From assembly GCA_012518315.1 (NCBI GenBank), contig JAAYSL010000076.1, forward strand, positions 1 through 61,130: 61,130 bases of DNA. Reading direction: 5' to 3'. Positions 28,207-36,402 of this stretch are shown piece after piece. Position 1 is the first letter of the stretch. The number at the start of each line of letters is the position of its first letter. Origin of the DNA: Bacillota bacterium. GTDB lineage: Bacteria; Bacillota; Limnochordia; DTU087. Below the pieces are notes generated by a model that did no database searches, had not been told where the DNA came from, and saw only the letters and a program-made list of their open reading frames with translations. Made by a program: the position numbers and the translations under genes.

Positions 28207-29232
28207 TTACCCGGAAGCCAAATCATCACTACGCCGAAATTCCCGTCCAAAAGTAATCAATTGCCCCTCATCTGCAGATTGGCGAGCCAGTAGGGCCGCC
28301 TCGGTAGCATAGAATGAATCCTCCGCGCTAACTAAGCACCGACCTTCACCACGTATTTGAGCCACAAAATCAGCGAATATCCCACGTGTGGGCAACAGAG
28401 GCAAGCTCTTACTCCCATCATTGTCAGCATTGAGCAGATAAGCACTACCATTCCTGACTTCCATGATCCCACGAGTTCCAACCAACCGTAGCCGGTCATC
28501 ATCATGGGAGTGAGCATTGTCAGGACGCAGATAATCCATGCTTGCAGATGCTATCACCTCATTGGTCAAGTTAAAGTGGCAATTCGCCGTAACCTCCAAT
28601 TCACCGTGACCTCTGTTATGTAAAGAAGAGTGGGAGGCGAAAACTGATACGAATCGCTCACCACTAAACCAGTGTAGCCAATCAATGGCATGGATCCCCA
28701 CCCAAGGGATAGTGCCTCCATATGACCTACGTTCCCGGAAAAATCCAGCCCGTCGTCCCAGCTTGTATGACTTCTGTGCCGTCATCAGACGAATTGTCCC
28801 TATTGCACCATGACGCACCTTATCCCACGCTGTTAGGAAACACGGTTGGTACCGAATCCCAAACATAGCGGCTAGATGTACATTTGCCTCCCGATAGGCT
28901 TTCCATACACGATCCAAGTCAGCTAATGTCGTTGCCATTGGTTTTTCGGTAAATACATGGATACCACGCCCCAAGGCCTCAATGGTAGCTTTGGCGTGAT
29001 CAGCAAAATGACAAGCGACAACGGCCACCTCTGGCCTTAGCTCATCAAGCATATGGCGATAATCCCCAAAGACCCGAGTCTCAGGACTCAATCTCTTGAC
29101 TTCCTCGTATAGGCCAAGTACATCCTCGCCTTCGGAACCAGAGGAAATCCCAACAATATCGGCATCTGTCTTGCCAATGTCCTGCAATACATACCCGACA
29201 TGTCCCGTGGAGCCAATTATGCATACTCTCAT
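28207..29232 (-). CDS. Gfo/Idh/MocA-family NAD(P) oxidoreductase
   Basis: N-terminal Rossmann fold (MRVCIIGSTGHVG) and the EKP motif (FTEKPMA). Confidence 0.8.
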   Translation of the reverse strand: MRVCIIGSTGHVGYVLQDIGKTDADIVGISSGSEGEDVLGLYEEVKRLSPETRVFGDYRHMLDELRPEVAVVACHFADHAKATIEALGRGIHVFTEKPMATTLADLDRVWKAYREANVHLAAMFGIRYQPCFLTAWDKVRHGAIGTIRLMTAQKSYKLGRRAGFFRERRSYGGTIPWVGIHAIDWLHWFSGERFVSVFASHSSLHNRGHGELEVTANCHFNLTNEVIASASMDYLRPDNAHSHDDDRLRLVGTRGIMEVRNGSAYLLNADNDGSKSLPLLPTRGIFADFVAQIRGEGRCLVSAEDSFYATEAALLARQSADEGQLITFGREFRRSDDLASG

Positions 29233-29357
29233 GTTTGTCCCCTTATCTTGAGTTGATAGGAGTCTATCTAGTTGCTTTATCTTGCTCAGCTTTCTGCCTA
29301 CCGCCTAAACCAGTGACGGGAAGTGCGCTACATGCTCAATGGTATCAGCGCTAGTAT

Positions 29358-29373
29358 AATGAAACGTTGCGAT
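29358..29373. promoter_or_regulatory. LacI/RbsR-type operator-like site (copy 2A)
   Basis: AATGAAAC|GTTGCGAT. It lies in the spacer of a minus-strand ATGACT-N17-TATACT promoter-like element, about 130 nt upstream of the Gfo/Idh/MocA gene. Confidence 0.35.
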
Positions 29374-29398
29374 ACAGTCATTTTTCCCCCACTTGTTC

Positions 29399-30170
29399 TT
29401 AAGTCTCGCTATTCTTTTCTTTGTCTTCTGCGCGATTCCCTTCTTCCTTTACTGTCAAATGGTTTACAGATCCATGCTTCTCAATAGACCGAATCCTCAG
29501 TAATGCCGCATTTTTCTCATACCTATGACCAAGACCCATGCCCCTGCTGCCTAGCTCTGGAGCAAATAACATCGAATACAGCAGCCAATATCCAGAATTC
29601 ATCTACGGTCGGAAGGATCCCAGGAACCAGTCATTAGTGCAATCGAAACGTTTCTACTTCGTCTTAGCCATAGTACGGAGTTCTCTCCAACAAATGCACG
29701 CTCTTCAATACATGCTTTGAAGTACTGACCCGACCGTGCAAGCACCCGGGCACCGGGGCTTTTGTCTCTCAATTAGGATGCATAGAAAACCCACACAAGA
29801 TCGCTTATCGAGCTTTTGGTCTATCAGGAAACTACATTAAGAGGTAGAAGGGGGTTTTTGGACTATACCCGCAACTCAACTTGGGGCAGCAAAACGGTGA
29901 GCTTGATTTGTCTCTTTTTTTTCCCAGTGTGAGAAACCAATGGTACCCATGGTGTCTACCGCCCTGGGAGAAGTGCACTAAACTCTGGGCAGGTAGGTAG
30001 CCTCCCAGTTTATCGCGCATAATCATCATGTAGAGCCACCAGACATCACCGGCTTCCTTTGATTGCCACAGCTTTCACGCTAATAGCACCACCATTGTCA
30101 GTGCACCATGGTTCCACCACATTATGATACTATACCATAGTGTCAGTCTCTCGTGCCTTTGCATTGACTC
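29399..30170 (-). pseudogene. Decayed gene, possibly an AraC-family regulator
   Basis: This 975-bp stretch has no intact gene. Minus-strand fragments in three frames read NGGAISVKAVAIKGSR / EAGDVWWLYMMIMRDK (cupin-like G-x-x-x-x-GD pattern) and RVLARSGQYFKACIEE..LWLRRSRNVSIALM / ILAAVFDVICSRARQQG (AraC HTH-like). Several stops and a T8 run interrupt them. Confidence 0.4.
29642..29657. promoter_or_regulatory. LacI/RbsR-type operator-like site (copy 1A)
   Basis: ATCGAAAC|GTTTCTAC contains the perfect 10-bp palindrome GAAACGTTTC. Confidence 0.35.
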
Positions 30171-30207
30171 CACCTCTAGCCAAAGGTATAGCTATGCCCA
30201 ATAGCCT

Positions 30208-31089
30208 CTACCCCTTTAGGCCCGAAAAAGAGATCCCCTCAACGAAATACTTCTGGGCTGCTAGAAAGATGATCACAACGGGAACTAGCGAACAGACAGA
30301 AGCAGCCATGATCAATGCATAGTCTGCCGAGTATTGAGAGATAAACATGCGAATACCAAGTTGAATCGTGCGCAGTTTGGGAGAATGTAAGTAGATCAAA
30401 GGGCCAAGAAAATCATTCCAAACGAACACGAAAGTCAGAATAGTCAAGGTAGCAAGGGCCGGCCTGGATAGTGGGAGCATAATCGTTCGGTATATGCCAA
30501 ACTCACTCAGACCATCGATGCGAGCCGCCTCCAGCAATTCATTGGGGACATTGAGATAGAATTGCCGAAGTAGAAACACTCCAAAAGGGCTAAAGGATTG
30601 CAGCAATATTAGAGCCAGATGCGTATTGACCAAACCGAGATTACGAAGGATGATAAACTGGGGAATCATTAACACCTGAAATGGCACAATCATAGTAGCT
30701 ATATAGCCTACGAACAGAGCATTGCGTTCGGGAAAATCTATCTTGGCAAAGGCATAGGCTGCAAGACTGCAGGTGAGCAGCTGAGCCAAGGTGATGATCA
30801 CGGTTAGTTTGATGGTATTGAAATAATACCGAGCAAAATCGATCTTGTGCCAGATCTCCACATAGTTTGACCACTGAGGGTTCTTGGGAACCCATTGGAT
30901 AGGAAACTCAAAGACATCTAGATTGGTCTTCAAGGACGCAGAAATCATCCAAAGAAAGGGCAACAACATGGTGATAGAGGATGCTATAAGCAGAACATAC
31001 AACAGGCCCTTTGCAGTCACCGCCTTTGGTGAACGGGCATATGAGGTCAGCGAAACCCGGTCATTACCAAATCTATGAGGTTCAAACAT
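30208..31089 (-). CDS. Carbohydrate ABC transporter permease (MalG-like), operon 2
   Basis: EAA loop EAARIDGLSEFGIYRTIMLP. ATG 31089 follows AAAGGGAGGGAGAGG. The track ORF starts at 31128. Confidence 0.85.
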   Translation of the reverse strand: MFEPHRFGNDRVSLTSYARSPKAVTAKGLLYVLLIASSITMLLPFLWMISASLKTNLDVFEFPIQWVPKNPQWSNYVEIWHKIDFARYYFNTIKLTVIITLAQLLTCSLAAYAFAKIDFPERNALFVGYIATMIVPFQVLMIPQFIILRNLGLVNTHLALILLQSFSPFGVFLLRQFYLNVPNELLEAARIDGLSEFGIYRTIMLPLSRPALATLTILTFVFVWNDFLGPLIYLHSPKLRTIQLGIRMFISQYSADYALIMAASVCSLVPVVIIFLAAQKYFVEGISFSGLKG

Positions 31090-31106
31090 CCAGCCTCTCC
31101 CTCCCT

Positions 31107-31997
31107 TTAGTTCACGAACTGTACCCACTTTTCCTGGAGCCTAAATTGAACTATGGTGATTACCAGGAGTATCAAGAAAAGCACAAAGGCCATCGCCGAT
31201 GCATAACCGAAATTCTGATTAACAAAGGCCTGCACATAAATGTAGTAGACAAGCACCGAAGTAGCCCGACCCGGTCCTCCTTGAGTCATGATATAGATCT
31301 GATCGAAGACCTTGAACGAATAAATTAGGTTCATGATGATCACAAAAAACAAGGTGGGTGTCAAGAGTGGCAAAGTCACATAGCGAAATCGGTGCCACCC
31401 GTTAGCCCCATCTATAGTGGCAGCCTCATACAGGTGATTGGGGATCCCCTGCAAGCCCGCCAGAAACATGATCATGTAGTAGCCGGCAGATTTCCATACG
31501 CCCATGATGATCACCGCCGGCATTGCCCACGTCACTGACGCTGTCCAACGAGGCGGATCAGTTACTCCCATAGTCTTTAGAAACATATTGATAGGGCCCA
31601 TGTCCGCGTTATACAGGAACTGCCACACAACAGCTACCGCCACAGTAGAGGCTATATGTGGAAAGAAATGGATTGCTCTGAATACACTAAGCCCTTTCAG
31701 TCCCTTATCTAGAGCCAAAGCCAAGACTAGAGACACGATTACGGTCAGAGGCACTGTAGCACAAGTAAAATAGATAGTATTCCAAAATGAAATGCGAAAA
31801 CTACTATCTCTCAACATAATCCGGAAATTCTGCAGGCCAACAAATTGGGTAGGATTATAACTATCCCAACGCATGAAACTTAATCCTAAAGCAGCGACCA
31901 CAGGAATGAGGGTGAATACCAAAAATCCAATCAGGTTTGGGAGGAGAAAACAATAAGCTGTAAGACGCTTGCGGGTTGAAGGCTTCAAGGAATCCAT
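31107..31997 (-). CDS. Carbohydrate ABC transporter permease (MalF-like), operon 2
   Basis: EAA loop EAATIDGANGWHRFRYVTLP and six TM helices. Confidence 0.85.
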   Translation of the reverse strand: MDSLKPSTRKRLTAYCFLLPNLIGFLVFTLIPVVAALGLSFMRWDSYNPTQFVGLQNFRIMLRDSSFRISFWNTIYFTCATVPLTVIVSLVLALALDKGLKGLSVFRAIHFFPHIASTVAVAVVWQFLYNADMGPINMFLKTMGVTDPPRWTASVTWAMPAVIIMGVWKSAGYYMIMFLAGLQGIPNHLYEAATIDGANGWHRFRYVTLPLLTPTLFFVIIMNLIYSFKVFDQIYIMTQGGPGRATSVLVYYIYVQAFVNQNFGYASAMAFVLFLILLVITIVQFRLQEKWVQFVN

Positions 31998-32014
31998 CTC
32001 CTCTCAACATGAAG

Positions 32015-32048
32015 TGAAGTACCCTGCAAGCTATGACAGGGTACTTCA
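32015..32048 (-). other. Perfect 12-bp stem-loop immediately 3' of the binding-protein gene
   Basis: TGAAGTACCCTG (32015-32026) pairs with CAGGGTACTTCA (32037-32048) around a 10-nt loop. Confidence 0.6.
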
Positions 32049-32082
32049 GTTTCTACTGGCAGTTGCGAAACTCAACTAGGCG

Positions 32083-33345
32083 TTAGGGATTGAGCATAAA
32101 GATCTCTTCCCGCCGGGCTTCCATATCGGCGATAGCCTCATCTATGGACTTATTGCCCGTCATAGCCAGCACTATCTCCTCATTGACCATGTTGCCCAGA
32201 AGGCCCACCAAACGGTGTGGCGGCCACTCCATATATACCTTTTTGGTCACTAGGGCATCTAGACCGTCAGGTGGGAAACCAGGAGCTTCGGCAAAGCGTT
32301 CCAGTATGGTGCTATCCACATACCCAGGCATGATCTGATTCTTAGCCAAAATCTCAGCACCATCCTTGCCGCCTAAAAACTTAGCCAATCTCCAAGCTGC
32401 TTCTTTATGCTTGGTCTTAGAGTTGATTACGACGGGGGTTACGTTTCCAATAGTGGCATGCTCCAGACCTTCCCACTGTGGCATCCGTACAATGCCCCAA
32501 TTCACATCATGTAAGCCCTGCATAGCATCATATACAAGGGCCTGAATATACCAGGTGCCCATATAAAGCATGCCCACGTTCCCTCGTTCAAAGATACCTC
32601 GATAGTGAGAGCCCATGGATTGATTGGTAGCATAGTCTGCCGCCGATTTATCCACCAGCTGAACCTGGTATGCCAGCTCTAACCCGTCTTTCAACATACT
32701 GTATTCGCCTTCTACCAGGTCGCCTTGGCCCTTCTGGAGACCAAATAGAAAATACGAGCTAGCCCATGGTTGAATGTAGGCACCATGTTTCCGATTAGCC
32801 CCTTCCCCATGAGTTAGCTGCTTGGCAGTTTCGCGGTAGTCCTCCCATGTCCAATTATTGGTCGGATAAGGAACTCCCCACTCGTCGAAGAGATCTTTGT
32901 TGTAGTAAAGAATCCAAAAATCACTCCGATAGGGCAAACCATAAAGCTTGCCGTCAATAATGATATTATCCAATACCCCACCATAGGCTACCAGGTCTAC
33001 TCCATCTCTACTAACTAGCTCATCGATGGGCATGATTTGACGACGCAGAACCAAACCTGAGTATAAGGTCGGATCCTTAGCATAGAAAACATCCAGATCT
33101 TCTCCGCCTGCCAGCATGATCAGAACTTTGTCACCATACTCGTTAGCAGGCATATCATAGACTTCTACTTTGATATCTGGGTTGGATTCTTCGAAAGCTT
33201 TGATCAGCTGTGGATCATAACCACTCACTTCATAGTCCCAACATGCAAATCTCAGAACGGTCTTTTCCTCGGCAGTAGCTGTGCAGGCCATAGCTAGGAA
33301 TAGGGCTACAACTACCAAGAGTATGACCGAACGATTGTTACGCAT
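32083..33345 (-). CDS. Extracellular sugar-binding protein of ABC operon 2
   Basis: Signal peptide with LAMAC-TATAEE, then family-1 solute-binding-protein character. ATG follows AAAAGGAGG. Confidence 0.8.
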   Translation of the reverse strand: MRNNRSVILLVVVALFLAMACTATAEEKTVLRFACWDYEVSGYDPQLIKAFEESNPDIKVEVYDMPANEYGDKVLIMLAGGEDLDVFYAKDPTLYSGLVLRRQIMPIDELVSRDGVDLVAYGGVLDNIIIDGKLYGLPYRSDFWILYYNKDLFDEWGVPYPTNNWTWEDYRETAKQLTHGEGANRKHGAYIQPWASSYFLFGLQKGQGDLVEGEYSMLKDGLELAYQVQLVDKSAADYATNQSMGSHYRGIFERGNVGMLYMGTWYIQALVYDAMQGLHDVNWGIVRMPQWEGLEHATIGNVTPVVINSKTKHKEAAWRLAKFLGGKDGAEILAKNQIMPGYVDSTILERFAEAPGFPPDGLDALVTKKVYMEWPPHRLVGLLGNMVNEEIVLAMTGNKSIDEAIADMEARREEIFMLNP

Positions 33346-33491
33346 GGGAAACCTCCTTTTTGTCTAGGTGAATCCGCCATACTTCCCAGTCACTTCCGGA
33401 GCGTCCCGTACTTCATCCATCCTCCGTAACAAGTGTCTCAATCTTCCCTCTCTACTTCACAGCCGCTTGTTCGCTTTCTGACACCCCCTTT

Positions 33492-33945
33492 TTAACCTTT
33501 GCCGAGCTGCAATCCAGCAGCCCTACCATTGATCCGACTCGTCACAATGATCTCATCACCTAAACATGCCTTGACCTTGTCAACCATGGTGATCAAGAAC
33601 CGTGTCCGATTCTCCAATGAGCCGCCATACTCCCCATCTCTTGTGTAGGCAGCCAACAGCTCTGATGGGAAATAGCGATGGCAATCCTTGATAAACAATT
33701 GGACACGATCTTGCCATGGATAGGTGCCTAGTTGCCAAGGTTCGATACCTCATCATCAAATTCAAGATCAAGCCCAAGCTCTTGGGCAGTGTCCCTCATT
33801 TCACCCAAATGCTTATACTGAATACTTGGTCTGCATCTGGTGTTCTCCTTACCATTTTCCCCGTACCTGGGGATTCAATAGCATATCGAAACGTTCTACT
33901 TCTCTGAGATCCCCGCACGCGGGCCTTGCAGTACTCTCAACTTAT
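33492..33945 (-). pseudogene. Truncated, frameshifted Old Yellow Enzyme (OYE) family NADH:flavin oxidoreductase remnant
   Basis: ORF 33492..33698 reads ..AYTRDGEYGGSLENRTRFLITMVDKVKACLGDEIIVTSRIN, matching the OYE motif R-T-D-E-Y-GGS-x-ENR-x-RF. Upstream fragments in other frames read EYCKARVRG.. and ..SPGTG... Only about 150 codons remain of an expected 330 or more. Confidence 0.65.
33885..33900. promoter_or_regulatory. Operator-like site (copy 1B)
   Basis: ATCGAAAC|GTTCTACT. Apart from a 1-nt deletion, it matches copy 1A over about 20 nt (ATCGAAACGTT-CTACTTC). Confidence 0.3.
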
Positions 33946-33950
33946 CTGTA

Positions 33951-33966
33951 AACGAAACGTTGCTGA
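33951..33966. promoter_or_regulatory. Operator-like site (copy 2B)
   Basis: AACGAAAC|GTTGCTGA matches copy 2A (GAAACGTTGC-GATA) apart from a 1-nt insertion. Confidence 0.3.
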
Positions 33967-34225
33967 TATTGCACTATCCCTAGTATTCTTTCCTTTGGAG
34001 GATATTCCTTCCTGTTTTCTCTACTATCGTCCTTTTTTCCGCCATTTTTCGGCTTTCCTGAAACAACTCAACACTCGATACCCGAAAACTACGCCTGCGG
34101 CAGGGAAGTCATGGCAAAATCGCAAATAATTAATGGTAGGATCTCTTTAGTGTTTCCCCCGGTTAGGAGCATAGAGGACATAGATACTCGCATTTGTGAG
34201 AAAGGAGTGAGGTAGGGTGCTAAAG

Positions 34226-34735
34226 ATGAGCATTATCTACCACTCAGAAACAGGCAATACAAAGAAAATGGCTGAACTCATTAAGGAAGGGGCTCTTGAG
34301 GTTACGGGGGTAGAGGTCAGCCTCATGGCACAAGATCAATTGGATCGAGCTTTCCTAGATGAATCACAGGTGATTCTGTTTGGATCACCTACCTATTACG
34401 GTACCATGAGTTGGCAGATGAAAAAGTGTATGGATACTTTGCCCGTGAAGGTTGAAGGTAAGCTAGGCGCTCCCTTCGCCTCGGCCGCGTGGCCTGGAGG
34501 CGGAGGCTATGAGCTGACGGAGATGGCTCTAATCCAGGGGATGCTAATCCGCGGCATGATCGTCTACACCGGTGGTGTCGTTACAGGGAGGCCACCCACC
34601 CATTTTGGAGCTGTCTCCCACAAGGCACCGGAGGGATTTGATGCTGATCGCTGCCGCAAACTAGGAAAGAATCTGGCACTGAAAGGCCAGGAGCTATTTG
34701 GCAAGAGCAAAGGACAATCAACTGATCTAGTTTAG
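34226..34735 (+). CDS. Flavodoxin
   Basis: MSIIYHSETGNTKKMAE is the flavodoxin phosphate-binding loop (S/T-x-T-G-x-T). The FGSPTYYG segment is also present. Confidence 0.85.
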   Translation: MSIIYHSETGNTKKMAELIKEGALEVTGVEVSLMAQDQLDRAFLDESQVILFGSPTYYGTMSWQMKKCMDTLPVKVEGKLGAPFASAAWPGGGGYELTEMALIQGMLIRGMIVYTGGVVTGRPPTHFGAVSHKAPEGFDADRCRKLGKNLALKGQELFGKSKGQSTDLV

Positions 34736-34744
34736 GGTACAGAG

Positions 34745-34781
34745 CAAGGGGGCGCCTGCCCCCTTGTGTTGTTTGGTCTTT
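34745..34781. terminator. Bidirectional rho-independent terminator
   Basis: CAAGGGGGC-gcct-GCCCCCTTG is a 9-bp GC-rich stem. TGTTGTTTGGTCTTT follows. It sits between the convergent flavodoxin and metal-binding-protein genes. Confidence 0.8.
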
Positions 34782-34788
34782 CCAGATA

Positions 34789-35541
34789 CTACTCCACAAG
34801 GCCTAACTTCTTGGCGTTATCTGTTATCAGGGCTTCCATGGTATCTAGCCCCGCACCAGGGAAGTTAGCTAATTCCACGTGGGGAACTGAAGCTATCTCA
34901 GCGATTCCCACCCCCACCGGGTTATGGTAGTTATCAATAACCATGGCAGGTCCAAGCTTGGCAAGCTCAGCCATCTTGGCAGGGCTAATATCCTCCGGCC
35001 CAAAGACACCGATGACATCAAAGCCTAACCATCGCACAAAAGCTTCCTGATGGAAGTGTACGAGAACCGGTGTATTGGCGGCATCTTTTTCAATTGCTGC
35101 TTGATGTAGCTGACCCGTCAACTTATCAAGCTCTGCTTCCCACTGGGCTTGGCGTTCCTCTGTGCCAAATAGTGCCGCAAGCTTACGGGTCTGGGCCTTT
35201 AGGTTATCTGGGGTATTGGTTGTCACAACGTGCACTAGGCGCTCTTCCGGCAACTCAGCGGCTTCCACCAGCTTCTTGATAAAGGGTTCATACCCCGCCG
35301 AAACCAAATAGTCTGCTTTGGTTACCCGGGCAATATCACTAGGACGATAATCATACTCCGGCGGATGCCTTAGGTCAATGGGGGCTAGGATCGGGAAATC
35401 CTCGAGCCCCGCGGCCCGCACAATCAGCCCTACCCAACTAGTTGACGCCACAACTACTGGGTCGGCCGCGGCGAGACTCCCGCCTCCCAAGAAAAGCCCA
35501 AGGAGAACTGTTACAACTGCGATTTTGAGCCACTTCGTCAT
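34789..35541 (-). CDS. Metal ABC transporter substrate-binding protein (TroA/ZnuA-like)
   Basis: Signal peptide. Last gene of an operon that also carries an ABC-3 permease and a ZnuC-like ATPase. At 250 aa it is short for a TroA-type protein. Confidence 0.6.
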   Translation of the reverse strand: MTKWLKIAVVTVLLGLFLGGGSLAAADPVVVASTSWVGLIVRAAGLEDFPILAPIDLRHPPEYDYRPSDIARVTKADYLVSAGYEPFIKKLVEAAELPEERLVHVVTTNTPDNLKAQTRKLAALFGTEERQAQWEAELDKLTGQLHQAAIEKDAANTPVLVHFHQEAFVRWLGFDVIGVFGPEDISPAKMAELAKLGPAMVIDNYHNPVGVGIAEIASVPHVELANFPGAGLDTMEALITDNAKKLGLVE

Positions 35542-35574
35542 TATCTACCACCTCATATTCTTATGTTAGGCCGT

Positions 35575-36396
35575 CTAGCGGCCCTTAGCCACCGCAATGA
35601 TTCCTAGAATAGTAACACCGACTAGAGTTATGGTGGGCCCCGTCGGTACATCGAAAAAGAGGGAAATACTAAACCCACCCACCGCGGCAACAATACCAAA
35701 TAGTGAAGCTAGTATCAAGGCTTGACGGAGATCCCTGGCCACACTTAGAGCACTGAGGCCTGGAAGTAAGATTAAAGCATCGATTAGAAGGGCCCCTACA
35801 ACCCGGATAGCCAGGCCAATAGCTAATCCAGTCAGAAACAGCAAGCCATTCCGAACGGCCGCTACTGGTAATCCTAGGCTCTCGGCTAGATCCTGGTTGT
35901 AGAGTGCTAGCTGGATCTCCCGATAAAACACAGCAAAACAGAGGACTATCACTATACCTAATCCCAGAATAAAGCGAAGCTCTTCAGGCGCAAGGGCCAG
36001 TAAATTACCGGTAAAAAGAGCAAAAGCCTCCATTGCCGGCACCCCGGCTTTGTAAAACAGCAAGAAGGCCAGGGCCATGGAGCCTGTCATGAACAATGCT
36101 CCAGCGAGGCCTGTATCCATCTTCATCCGGTCAGACCAAGGACCAAGTAGGAGAGAGCCCACACCAATAGCCACCAATGCCCCGGCCAGTGGAGAAGTTC
36201 CTAACCCAAGACCTATGGCTGCCCCCAAAAGCCCTACATGCATCAAAGCGAAACGAATAACTGTCAGGTTTAAAGTAACGATAACCACTCCTAATAGTGA
36301 AAGGGTGCCTCCGGCAATCAGGGCAGCAAGCATCGCCCTTTGAAAGAGTGGAATCTGCAAGTAGTCAGCAAAGCCCAATACTATACCCCCGAACAA
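35575..36396 (-). CDS. Metal ABC transporter permease (ABC-3 family, ZnuB/MntB-like)
   Basis: About 8 Gly/Ala/Leu-rich TM helices across 273 aa, typical of the ABC-3 family. Confidence 0.75.
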   Translation of the reverse strand: MFGGIVLGFADYLQIPLFQRAMLAALIAGGTLSLLGVVIVTLNLTVIRFALMHVGLLGAAIGLGLGTSPLAGALVAIGVGSLLLGPWSDRMKMDTGLAGALFMTGSMALAFLLFYKAGVPAMEAFALFTGNLLALAPEELRFILGLGIVIVLCFAVFYREIQLALYNQDLAESLGLPVAAVRNGLLFLTGLAIGLAIRVVGALLIDALILLPGLSALSVARDLRQALILASLFGIVAAVGGFSISLFFDVPTGPTITLVGVTILGIIAVAKGR

Positions 36397-36402
36397 AAGC
36401 AG

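Noticed and set aside
29399-30029. ORFs 29399..29602 and 29832..30029 as genuine small proteins
   Set aside because: They read as consecutive fragments of one broken gene, because protein-like sequence continues across frame changes and stops. I interpret them as pseudogene pieces.
34105-34135. AAATAATTAATGG as a Fur box upstream of flavodoxin
   Set aside because: Only one half-site resembles TGATAAT, the partner half is poor, and there is no 7-1-7 symmetry.
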